Shown here piece by piece: positions 18,745 to 27,257 of a DNA stretch of 64,000 nucleotides. The translations under genes were made by a program, and so were the position numbers. The DNA is from Pelagomonas calceolata (taxonomy: Eukaryota). The stretch is taken from contig CAKKNE010000003.1 of NCBI GenBank assembly GCA_918797485.1, positions 2,046,001 to 2,110,000 on the forward strand. The letters run 5' to 3'. Position 1 is the stretch's first letter, and every line of letters begins with the position of its first letter. The notes below the pieces were generated by a model that saw only the letters and a list, made by a program, of their open reading frames with translations, was not told the origin of the DNA and searched no databases.

Positions 18745-20940
18745 TTACACCGCCGCGTCGCCGCCGAGCAGCCGGGCCTCGTCTTCGTGGCGGCCGCGAT
18801 ACCTCCGCGGCCACGGCCACGGCCACGGCGACCACCGCGGACACGCGGCGCGCGGCGCGACGTCGGCGAGAGACGCGTCTGCGTCGCGCACGGCCCCGGA
18901 CGCGAGGTCGAATAGCCAAAAGGTGGCGCCCGCCAGAAGGTACGCCAGGAGGCGCGCGATGCGCGCGTGGGCGCGCAGGCGCGCATTGAACGCGCCGCCC
19001 GCGCGCAGGACGAGGTGGATCAAGCCGCGAACGGCCGCGTTCTCCGTCGCGGCGCGCGGCATCGTCGCGGCGACCGGCGACCGCACGCCTGCGCGCGCCG
19101 GCACGACCGCCCCGCGCTCGTCCCGCGCCCAGGGCTGCGGCGCGTTCACGATGCACCGCATTGGACTGCCCTCGACGGCGACGCTCGCGCTGTGCACCAT
19201 CAGCGGATGCAGCACGTAGACGTCGCCGGCGCGCCCCGTGGCGGCGACGACGTCCGCGGCGGGCGCCGCCGCGCGGCATGCGGCGCAGAGAGCGTGCATG
19301 CCGCGGACGTCGAGGCCCCGGGGCGCCGCCGCGAGCGCCTTCCCCATCGCGCGGTGGCTCCCCCGGAGGAGCAGCGTCGGCCCGGCATCGGGACGCACGT
19401 CCGTCAGGAGGACGAGCACGACGACGTGGGCGCTCGCGAGGTAGTCCTCGAGCTCGAAGGCGTGCGGCGCCGCGCCGCGGCGGCCGTTTCCGTGGTCGAT
19501 GTGCCACGTCGCCGCGAACTCTCCCGGCAGCGTCGCGGCCGGGTCGAGCGGGGACGGCGGCGCCCAGGTCCCGGCCGTCCCGCGGCGGTGCGTCGTCACC
19601 CACGCGCCAAAGGCGCCCGGCGGCGCGTCCGGCAGCGAGAGCGCGGCGAGCGGTGCGGCGAACAGCGGCGCGTCGATCGCCGCGGCGACGGCTCCCGCGA
19701 GCGCCGCGCCCGCGGCGCGCTCGGCGGCGCCGAAGGGCACCACCTCGCGCGACCGACCGTAGGCGCCCGCGTCGCGCGCGGCCGCGGCGCCCACCAGCGC
19801 CGCTCTAAGGACCGGCGCGTCGAAGGCGCCGGACAGCTTGGCGAAGCCGTCGTTGGCGAGGCGCCGCGCCACGTCAGCGGCCGCCGGGTCGGCATAGGCG
19901 GACGCGAGCAATGCGCCCGTCGACGGGTGGAGCCGGCGCCGCAGCGCCCAGCGCAGGGCCGCGCGTGGCGTTGGCGCGCCCCAGGTCCAGACGTCGACGC
20001 CCCGCAGCGCGACGAGAGCCGAGACGGTCGCGTCGTCGAGCGGTCGGTCGAGGTCTTCCGGCGACCTCAACAAGTCGCGGAGCTGGCGGTGCGACGTGAC
20101 CTGGACTAACGCCGAGGCGATACCCGGCGCGTGCGCGGCGAAGCGTATCGCGACGTCCTGCGGCCGCGAGCCGCAGGCGTCGGCGATGCCGCCGAACGCG
20201 GCGACGCGGCGCAGCAGCTCGCGGAACGGCACGCGCGCGCGGCCGTCGCCGCCCGCCCCGACCTCGCGCGGTAGCAGGTCGGCCCGGCCCGCGAGCAGCG
20301 CGCGCGCGACGCCGACGCCCTGCGTCGTGAGCCAGCCCTGGGCGAGGACCGACTGGGCCAACACGCCCACGCCGGCGCTGCGGCAGCCGTCGATGAGCGC
20401 GGCGTGCTCCTGCTGGAGCACGTTGAACGGCACCTGGAGTGCGTCGCAGCCCAGCGCCACGCAGCGGCGGCCGCACTCGAACGAGTGCACGCTCGCGCCC
20501 CAGCCGCCGATTTCCCCGGCAGTGACCGCGGCCTCGAGGACCTGCGCCACGGCCGGCGTGACGGCGTCCGCGGGCGGCGAGTGCAGCTGGTAGAGCGCGA
20601 GCCGCTTGCCGCGGAGCGCGGCGCGGCTCGCATCCAGCGCCGCGCGGCCCGCCGCGACGGACCAGTCGTGCTCGTATCCGTTCCGCGCGCACGGGTTGCC
20701 GTACTTCGTCGCCACGGCGACGCCGCAAGACGCCAGGCCGACGACGAACTCCGAGTGGCCGTACGCGTCAGATGTGTCGACGAGCGCGACGCCCGCGCGG
20801 CAAGCGGCCTCGAGAATGCGGGCGCCCTCTCCGTCCCCCAGCGTGGCCCCACCCAGCGAGACGGCCGCCACCGCGTCGCCCGCGCGACGCAAAAGGCGGC
20901 GTGTGCAGGCGAGCCGCCCGGGCGCTGGCGCCTCTGCCAT
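18745..20940 (-). CDS. Aldo-keto reductase fused to a PhyH-like 2OG-Fe(II) dioxygenase (copy 1)
   Basis: AKR motifs VDTSDAYGHSE, VATKYG, LYQLHSP and QVPFN. Dioxygenase motifs WHID, LLTDV...GPT...GSH and GDVYVLHPLMVHSAS. Confidence 0.8.
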   Translation of the reverse strand: MAEAPAPGRLACTRRLLRRAGDAVAAVSLGGATLGDGEGARILEAACRAGVALVDTSDAYGHSEFVVGLASCGVAVATKYGNPCARNGYEHDWSVAAGRAALDASRAALRGKRLALYQLHSPPADAVTPAVAQVLEAAVTAGEIGGWGASVHSFECGRRCVALGCDALQVPFNVLQQEHAALIDGCRSAGVGVLAQSVLAQGWLTTQGVGVARALLAGRADLLPREVGAGGDGRARVPFRELLRRVAAFGGIADACGSRPQDVAIRFAAHAPGIASALVQVTSHRQLRDLLRSPEDLDRPLDDATVSALVALRGVDVWTWGAPTPRAALRWALRRRLHPSTGALLASAYADPAAADVARRLANDGFAKLSGAFDAPVLRAALVGAAAARDAGAYGRSREVVPFGAAERAAGAALAGAVAAAIDAPLFAAPLAALSLPDAPPGAFGAWVTTHRRGTAGTWAPPSPLDPAATLPGEFAATWHIDHGNGRRGAAPHAFELEDYLASAHVVVLVLLTDVRPDAGPTLLLRGSHRAMGKALAAAPRGLDVRGMHALCAACRAAAPAADVVAATGRAGDVYVLHPLMVHSASVAVEGSPMRCIVNAPQPWARDERGAVVPARAGVRSPVAATMPRAATENAAVRGLIHLVLRAGGAFNARLRAHARIARLLAYLLAGATFWLFDLASGAVRDADASLADVAPRAACPRWSPWPWPWPRRYRGRHEDEARLLGGDAAV

Positions 20941-21015
20941 CACGAGGCTGCCCCGCGCTCGAGCCACGATGCTTGCTTGCCTAAACGCGCGGGAGCCCTG
21001 GAAGCCCCGATCGCG

Positions 21016-21037
21016 CTAGCGGCCTGTAAGACACTAG
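21016..21037 (+). promoter_or_regulatory. CTAG-box motif (CTAGCGGCCTGTAAGACACTAG)
   Basis: About 75 bp upstream of AKR-PhyH copy 1. Confidence 0.6.
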
Positions 21038-21165
21038 CAGTCAAGCATTTTCGGCCCCGTCGTAAAAGAGGAGCCAGCGGCCAGTTCCACATCCTGATGG
21101 GGGGCGTCCCGAAGAGGGGGGGGGCGTGCGAGTCCCTGCGACTCAGCCCTTGCGTCCTAGTCCAG

Positions 21166-21240
21166 CCGGACGGGTGGGCCCGGCCGCCCGGGGGGAGCGG
21201 GAGGGGTACGGGGGACCCTACGACGTAACTAGCCTGAGCC
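21166..21240 (-). repeat. Dispersed non-coding repeat, reverse complement of the unit at 57432-57653
   Basis: Reverse complement GGCTCAGGCTAGTTACGTCGTAGGGTCCCCCGTACCCCTCCCGCTCCCCCCGGG...GCCCACCCGTCCGG matches 57587-57653. Confidence 0.88.
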
Positions 21241-21311
21241 AAGCGGGTTTCCCCCAAGCTCTAAACGGGTTTTCGAGGGCCCGCGGGCCGAGAAAACAGA
21301 CACAGTCGAAT

Positions 21312-23565
21312 CTACGGGTCCCCGCCGCCGCGCTGGAGGAGCGGCGTATCATCGTCATAGCCGCTGCCGCCGACCTCCGCGTCGGGCGCGGGCGAGGGCC
21401 GGCGCCCGCGGCGTCCGAGCCATCCCCAAGCGCGGCGCGGCCGCGGCGCCTGGCGCGCGGCGGGCGCGGCGCAGCGGCAGAGGAGCGCGAAGCCGAGCGC
21501 GGCGGGCCAGTAGAGGAGCCACGCGAGGCGCGGGAAGCGCGCGCGGCACCGCTGGTGGAGCGCGCCGAAGGCCGCGGTCCACGCGACGAGCGGGACGACG
21601 AGCGGCCCGCAGCAGCCGCCCCCCCGCAACGCGTCGCGGATCGGAAGGTCGAGCGCGGAAAGCGATCCCTTCGCTGTTCGGCGCGGCCGCGCCGGGTACG
21701 GCAAGTTCAGGATCGCACGTGGCGCCCGGCGCGTCGATGCGGAGGCGGTGTGGAGCAGCAGCGGGTGGACGAGGAACGCGTCGCCCGCGGCGCCGACGAG
21801 CGTCGTCGCGTCGGCGTCGCCGAAGTACGAATCCGCCGCCGCACAGAGCGCGTACATGCGCGGCGTGTCCAGGAGGACCCGGCGCCACGGGCCGAGGCCC
21901 GCGAGGATGTTCGCCATCACCCGCTGGGATCCGGGCCACGCGACCGTCGGGCCCTGGTCCCGCGCCACGTCCGTCAGGAGGACATAAACGACGCACCAGG
22001 GCGCTAGCAGCTGATCCTCGAGCGCAAAGTCCCAGGCGGCGCCGTGCGGGCCGTGGTCGACGTGGTGGCCGTTGGCGACGCCGAGGCCCCAGGGCGAGAG
22101 GCCCGTCGCGACCGCCTCGCGGCCGCTCGGGCAGCGCCACGCCGCGACGCCCGGCGTCGCGCGGGCGTGCGCGACGACGTTTGCGGCGAAGGCCTTCTCC
22201 GCTCTCCCGGACCGACGCGGCCACGCGTCCGCGAAGCTGTCGACGGCAAACGGCGGCGTCGCGCGGCGGCAGCAGGTCGCGTCGTCGAGGATGGCGGCGA
22301 GCGCCGCCTCCAGGTCGCCCGGGAACGCGCCGGCGGCGAGCGGCGCGGCGACGTCGCGGTGGAAGTACGACGCCTGCGGTCGGCCCGGCTCGGCGACCGC
22401 GCCCGCTGCAAGCGCGCTCGCCACGTCCCGCGGGAATGCGCCACGGAAGGGCCCCGCGACGCCGCGCGTCGCGAAGTCCCGGCGCCATCTGGCCTCGTGC
22501 GGCGCGTAGCGGCCGCCCGCGTCGTAGAAGCCTGCGTGCCGCGTCGTTCGCGAACGATACGTGCGCGAAATACCATGGAAGACGACGAGGCGGACGCCGC
22601 GCCGCGCCGCCCGCGCTCCGGAGGGCCTCCGTCGCGTGCAGCTCCTCGAGCACGTCGCGTGGCGTCGGCCCCGCCCAGTCCCAGACGCGCGCGGCGCCGC
22701 CGTGGGCGCGGTCGCCCGGCGACGTTCCCAACGCAACGAGCGCCGCGCGCGCCGACTCCGGCAGCGGCTCGTCGAGACCGGCGCCGGCGACGAGGTCCGC
22801 GAGGCCCCGTGCGTCGTGCGCCTGGACGAGCGCCGAGGTCACGCCCGTCGCGTGCGCGGCAAAGCGCAGCGCGAGGTGTTCGACGCGCACGCCGCAGCCC
22901 TCGGCGACGGCCGCGACCGCGACGACGCGCTCGAAGAGCGCCCGCCGGCGCGGCGCGGATTCGTGGAGGAGACCGAGGCGAGCGGCCGCGACGCCGCGCG
23001 CCGTGAGCCAGCCGCGCGCGAGCGCGGACCTCGCGAGCACGCCGACGCCGCGCGCCGCGCAGGCGGCGAGGAGCGGCGCGAGCGACTGGTCCAGGGCGTT
23101 GAACGGCGCCTGGAGGCAGCGCGCGCCTGCGGCGACCGCGGCCGCGCCCGCCGCGTAGCTCTCGACCGACGCGCCCCACGCGCCGACGACGCCGCCCGCG
23201 ACGAGGCGCCCGAGCGTCTCGACGAGCGCCACGTCGTAGGCGAAGTCGTCGGGCGGCGAGTGGAGCTGGTAGAGCGCGATGCGCCGCCGCCGCAGCCGCG
23301 CGACGGCCTCGGCCGCCGCCGCCGTGCACCGCGACGCGGAGAAGTCGCCGCCGAACTTGGAGGCCACGTGGAGCGACTGGCCGTGCGCGCCGAGGAGCGC
23401 CTCCGAGGCGCCGTAGGAGTCCGCCGTGTCCGCGAGGCGCACGCCTAGGTCCGAGGCCGCCCGCAGCAGCTCCGCCGCCGCGCCCGGGCGCAGCGTCGCG
23501 GCGCCCAGCGAGACGCAGGCGACTTCGCAGCCCGGGTAGAGCGACCGCGTGTCGCGCAGCGCCAT
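21312..23565 (-). CDS. Aldo-keto reductase fused to a PhyH-like dioxygenase (copy 2); predicted 64-nt intron 22532-22595
   Basis: AKR motifs ADTADSYGASE, VASKFG, LYQLHSP and QAPFN lie in frame 21355-23658. Dioxygenase motifs HHVD, LLTDV...GPT..WPGS and GDAFLVHPLLLHTAS lie in frame 21312-22736. A GTCCGC...CGCAG intron joins the two frames exactly. Confidence 0.75.
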
Positions 23566-23684
23566 TACAACAGCTCCCGCAGCATGAGCTTTAGGAGAGG
23601 GCGGCGGGGGCTGCCCCGCAATAAGATTCCGCTTCCCTGGGGGCGGACAAGGCCGCAATACTCTCCGCCGCGCGCGCGCTGCTG

Positions 23685-23756
23685 CGGGTATTTAGCCCCC
23701 CCTCCCAGCACGAAAAGCTCTCGCGCGTTTCGTGCGGGGTGGGGGGCTAAAACCCG
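23685..23756. repeat. Imperfect inverted repeat / hairpin (~30-bp arms)
   Basis: CGGGTATTTAGCCCCCCCTCCCAGCACGAAA ... TTTCGTGCGGGGTGGGGGGCTAAAACCCG. Confidence 0.75.
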
Positions 23757-23805
23757 TCTAGCGGGGCGCCCAGCAAAGGTCCCTGCGGCCGGCTCTAGTA
23801 CCTCA

Positions 23806-23999
23806 CGGAACGTGTCCAATGTGACGGATATGAGTGCTATGTTTAAAAACGCAACCTCCCTCAACCAACCGTTCAATGATTGGAACGTGTCACGAATATG
23901 AGACTTATGTTTTGTAACGCAACGTCCTTCAACCAGCCGCTCGACAACTGGAACGTGTCCAATGTGCACGATATGAAATTCATGTTTAAAGAAGCATGA
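23806..23999 (+). pseudogene. Frameshifted fragment of a BspA/DUF285-type surface repeat protein
   Basis: NVSNVTDMSAMFKNATSLNQPFNDWNVS, then a frameshift, then MRLMFCNATSFNQPLDNWNVSNVHDMKFMFKEA*. No plausible start. AT-rich relative to its flanks. Confidence 0.8.
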
Positions 24000-24205
24000 C
24001 GCAAAACTCACTAGGGCCTGTGTCTCTAGAGTGTGTGCCCCGTACCGTTAACGGTACGGGGCATACGCCGCCGAGGCGCGAAGGCGACAACGTTCGTCGG
24101 GCTCCACGCCATGGACGCGACGGTCCGCTCCGTCGTCGGCGCGCGCAGGCCGCACGAGCTCGGGGCCTTGGACGGACGGTAACAAATAGCGACGAATTCA
24201 CACAA

Positions 24206-25234
24206 CTAGAACTTATAGACCTGGCTCTTCGCATAACCCAGCTTCTTCAGCAGGCCCGTCACCTCGGGGTCGCCTCGAGGGCCACACAAAGCGTTGTACA
24301 TGAGGTCCGGGCCGCAGACGAAGAGCACGCAGTCCTCCTCCGGTGGTGGCATGTGCCTTTTCACATGATCCTCGCCGATAACACCGCCTAACACATGACT
24401 GACTTTGAACCTCCAAAAATTCTCGGCCTCCCACTCATGTAATACATCGCGAGCTAGTATTCCCTCGGAAGTCTTGGAGCCGTAGACCAAACTGACTTCC
24501 GTCTCATCGTCCGGTGACCCTAGCATCGCGTGCAAGGCCTGGAGCATGGGTGTGATGCCGGTCCCGCCAGCGAGCATGCCGACCTTCTTCGCGGAGAAGG
24601 GGTATTGGGTTTTGACATTAAATTTTATATGTTTGAAGGGCATGGCTTCGTCGACTTCCATCGTCGCCAGGCGCTGGCTTAGGGCACCATTCGGATATGC
24701 TTTTACCAACAACTCGAAGCTTCCTGTTAAAGCGTTCGTGGAAATGGGCGTGTAGGGCCTTACGTCGTCCTTATGTCCTGCTAAGATGCACGCGCAGGTG
24801 CTCAGGTTCAGGGGCTTCGTCGCATCGGGTAGACCGAAGCGCACGACGAAGGAATCGTCGGTGACCCAAGTACGCTCCTCCAGCATACAGTCTGTGAACT
24901 CATCGGTGAGCTGACATAAACCAGGTGGCACTACTGCCGCGGTCGGGTCGCCGGCGGACCAGGCCGGCCGCAACTGCTCGGCGTCCACTTCCTTCGCATC
25001 GTACATTTTTATCAACGCTTCGTGCGGGCAGTCGTCCGGAATTATCTGCCCCACCGGTAGGGGTAAGGATCTGACGTAGTCCGACGGGTTGTGCTTCGCG
25101 GCGTAGATCTTACTACCGAGCCAGAAGTCGCCGGACGGCGCCAGGTGGAGAAACTGGGGCTCGGCTCTTGCGCTTGCGAGGCGGCGCGTGATTGTGCGCA
25201 GGGCTCGCGGCGCCTGGCGTCGGAGGTGGTGCAT
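24206..25234 (-). CDS. NADH-cytochrome b5 reductase family flavoprotein with mitochondrial-type leader and an extra N-terminal segment
   Basis: RPYTPIS, LLVKAYPNGALS, MLAGGTGITPMLQ, FVCGP and terminal VYKF. Confidence 0.9.
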   Translation of the reverse strand: MHHLRRQAPRALRTITRRLASARAEPQFLHLAPSGDFWLGSKIYAAKHNPSDYVRSLPLPVGQIIPDDCPHEALIKMYDAKEVDAEQLRPAWSAGDPTAAVVPPGLCQLTDEFTDCMLEERTWVTDDSFVVRFGLPDATKPLNLSTCACILAGHKDDVRPYTPISTNALTGSFELLVKAYPNGALSQRLATMEVDEAMPFKHIKFNVKTQYPFSAKKVGMLAGGTGITPMLQALHAMLGSPDDETEVSLVYGSKTSEGILARDVLHEWEAENFWRFKVSHVLGGVIGEDHVKRHMPPPEEDCVLFVCGPDLMYNALCGPRGDPEVTGLLKKLGYAKSQVYKF

Positions 25235-25376
25235 GCTGCAGAGGGCTGCAGTGCGTCAGGTCTGCCTTAGGCGTCTTGCCGTGCAAGCGCAATTGTCGCA
25301 GGAGTTCTGGTAATTATTTGGGCCGTTAAGCGGTACTGTAAAGCCACAAAACACGCTGCAGCGCTGGCAACGCGAG

Positions 25377-25398
25377 CTAGCGGCATGTAACACACTAG
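25377..25398 (+). promoter_or_regulatory. CTAG-box motif (CTAGCGGCATGTAACACACTAG)
   Basis: Midway between the divergent b5 reductase and PITH genes. Confidence 0.65.
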
Positions 25399-25550
25399 GA
25401 AGCAGCGGGGCCCGGGCCGCCGCGCGTCGTCCTGACGCTTTGTAGCCGTGCAAACCGCCACATCGGTGGACCCGTATCGAGCAGCGATCGTACGCAGCGT
25501 TTTTTCACCGCGGCACGCCGTCGCGACCACCAACAGAGACTCTCTCAGAC

Positions 25551-26171
25551 ATGGGCAAAGGCGGACATGGAGGTGGAGCAGTCGGAGGCTCGCACAGCCA
25601 TAATGAAGAATATCCCGACGACAACTGGAATTTATATCAACACGTCGATAGGGCCGAAGCTTTAAATGCCGAAGGGGACGCCAAATCTGTATTAAGGCCC
25701 TTCGTGCGGCGCCTCGAGACGGAGGGGTCCCTCGTGTCGGACGGCGACGAGGAGCTGCTCGTCAAGATCACGTTTCTGGCACCAGTGTCCCTGAGAAGGC
25801 TGATGGTCATCGGCCAGGGCGACCCCGACACGCATCCTTCGAGGGTCAAGGTCTACGTCGGGAAGGAAGACCTGGACTTCCAGTCGCTTGAAGATGTTAG
25901 ACCGACCTTCGAGACGGCCCTACCAGTAAATCAGCAGGGAGAGGCTTTTGTGCACGTGCACCCTCCGGGCGCGTTCACGAACGTCACGTCCCTGGCCTTC
26001 TTCTTCCCGGGCAACCACGGCGAGGGCGACGAGACGTCTTTACAGTACATCGGGATGCAGGGCGACCACTCCCACGACAGGAGGGAGGCCGTCGACGCGA
26101 CGTACGAGCTTGTCTGCCAGCACTCGTCCGTCGATGTGGCGGCGGAGACGCAGGGGACCATGGGCGTCTGA
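25551..26171 (+). CDS. PITH domain-containing protein (PITHD1-like)
   Basis: LYQHVD, ALN, SDGDEELL, HPSRVKVY, F.NVTSL and NHG.G...T...YIG..G. Confidence 0.85.
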   Translation: MGKGGHGGGAVGGSHSHNEEYPDDNWNLYQHVDRAEALNAEGDAKSVLRPFVRRLETEGSLVSDGDEELLVKITFLAPVSLRRLMVIGQGDPDTHPSRVKVYVGKEDLDFQSLEDVRPTFETALPVNQQGEAFVHVHPPGAFTNVTSLAFFFPGNHGEGDETSLQYIGMQGDHSHDRREAVDATYELVCQHSSVDVAAETQGTMGV

Positions 26172-26243
26172 TGTCCGCGCCGTCGCCGCGTGTTTGTGAT
26201 AAGACTTTGACCCAGACTGGGGCCGATTACACTTGAAACATAC

Positions 26244-26672
26244 TTAGTACCGGTACTTCGTCGAGTAGTCCTTCGGCGAGACCACCAATCCTCTCCCCTT
26301 CCGAGCACCTCTATACACGGTCTCGATGAGATCAATCAGCTCCTGCGTGTTCGTCAGGGCCCAGTTGATCTTGTTGTTGTTGCCCGTGCCCAGGTCGATC
26401 ATGATGTGCTTGTTGCGGAAAAACGTCATCACGGTACAAGGATCATATAATTCGTACATCGTGTTGAAGTCCGGCACCTCCGTGATGTCCACCAAATAAA
26501 CGACACAGAAGTTCTTGACCTTGTCCGCTATCTTACTGAGTGCTTCATCCATCTGCATACACACGGGGTCGTAGTCGTGGCCGAACCGGACCACCACAAC
26601 TCGGTCCTCCTCGTTCAGGATGGCCTGGTCGACGGCCCAGCCCGTCCGCAGGTGGGGGAGGAGGTAGCTCAT
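26244..26672 (-). CDS. DIM1: U5 snRNP thioredoxin-like protein Dim1 / TXNL4A
   Basis: 142 aa, MSYLLPHL...DRVVVVRFGHD...NKHIMIDLGTGNNNKINW...GRGLVVSPKDYSTKYRY. Confidence 0.98.
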   Translation of the reverse strand: MSYLLPHLRTGWAVDQAILNEEDRVVVVRFGHDYDPVCMQMDEALSKIADKVKNFCVVYLVDITEVPDFNTMYELYDPCTVMTFFRNKHIMIDLGTGNNNKINWALTNTQELIDLIETVYRGARKGRGLVVSPKDYSTKYRY

Positions 26673-26866
26673 TGCTTGTTTGCGCTTCGCGGCGACGCGT
26701 GCGGTGCTCAACAGTGTGTGAATGCAGGGAGCTACTGCGGCGCCCTCGTCGGGCGCAGTTTCGTCTTTACACGTTCGCAGGGGTCAATAGCGCTGCCAGC
26801 GCCTGTCCAGCGGTACGCGCTCGACGCTGTTGCTCCGCTCGACGCAACTAAATAATGCCGATGCAG

Positions 26867-26888
26867 CTAGCGGCATGTAAGACACTAG
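26867..26888 (+). promoter_or_regulatory. CTAG-box motif (consensus)
   Basis: Between the divergent DIM1 and EF-hand genes. Confidence 0.65.
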
Positions 26889-27257
26889 AAATCAAGGATC
26901 AGTCGCTCGAAAGCGTGAATATGCATGAATTTCCACGCGAGCTTTATCATACGACTCTCCATCACTCCCAGGTTCGACCGCGACCGCTCCGACAGGATGA
27001 GGCACAGAGAGCCAGTGCTTGAGACAAGCCTCCTGAGCGGTCTGGCCAAGCGATTCCAGCAAGCACGGCTGCCCCTGACTCGACACGTATCTGCACGTTC
27101 ACGCGCGAGCGGATGCCCGGCCTCCGCGCCGCCGGGGCTGCCCGCATCACCAGCACATAGAGTAGCAGCAGCACATAGAGCACGAAGGCGCGCCGCTCCG
27201 GCGGCTCCACCACAAGTAACCACTCCGCGGACCTCCGCAGGGTCATACTAGTACGGC

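Noticed and set aside
21355..23658. 767-aa ORF as a single protein, or a frameshifted pseudogene
   Set aside because: The C-terminal half is off-frame; a 64-nt GT-AG intron links the AKR part to the dioxygenase frame.
24011..24029. CTAGGGCCTGTGTCTCTAG as another CTAG-box (also CTAG...CTAG at 38656-38685)
   Set aside because: Too degenerate, wrong length and not upstream of a gene; not counted.
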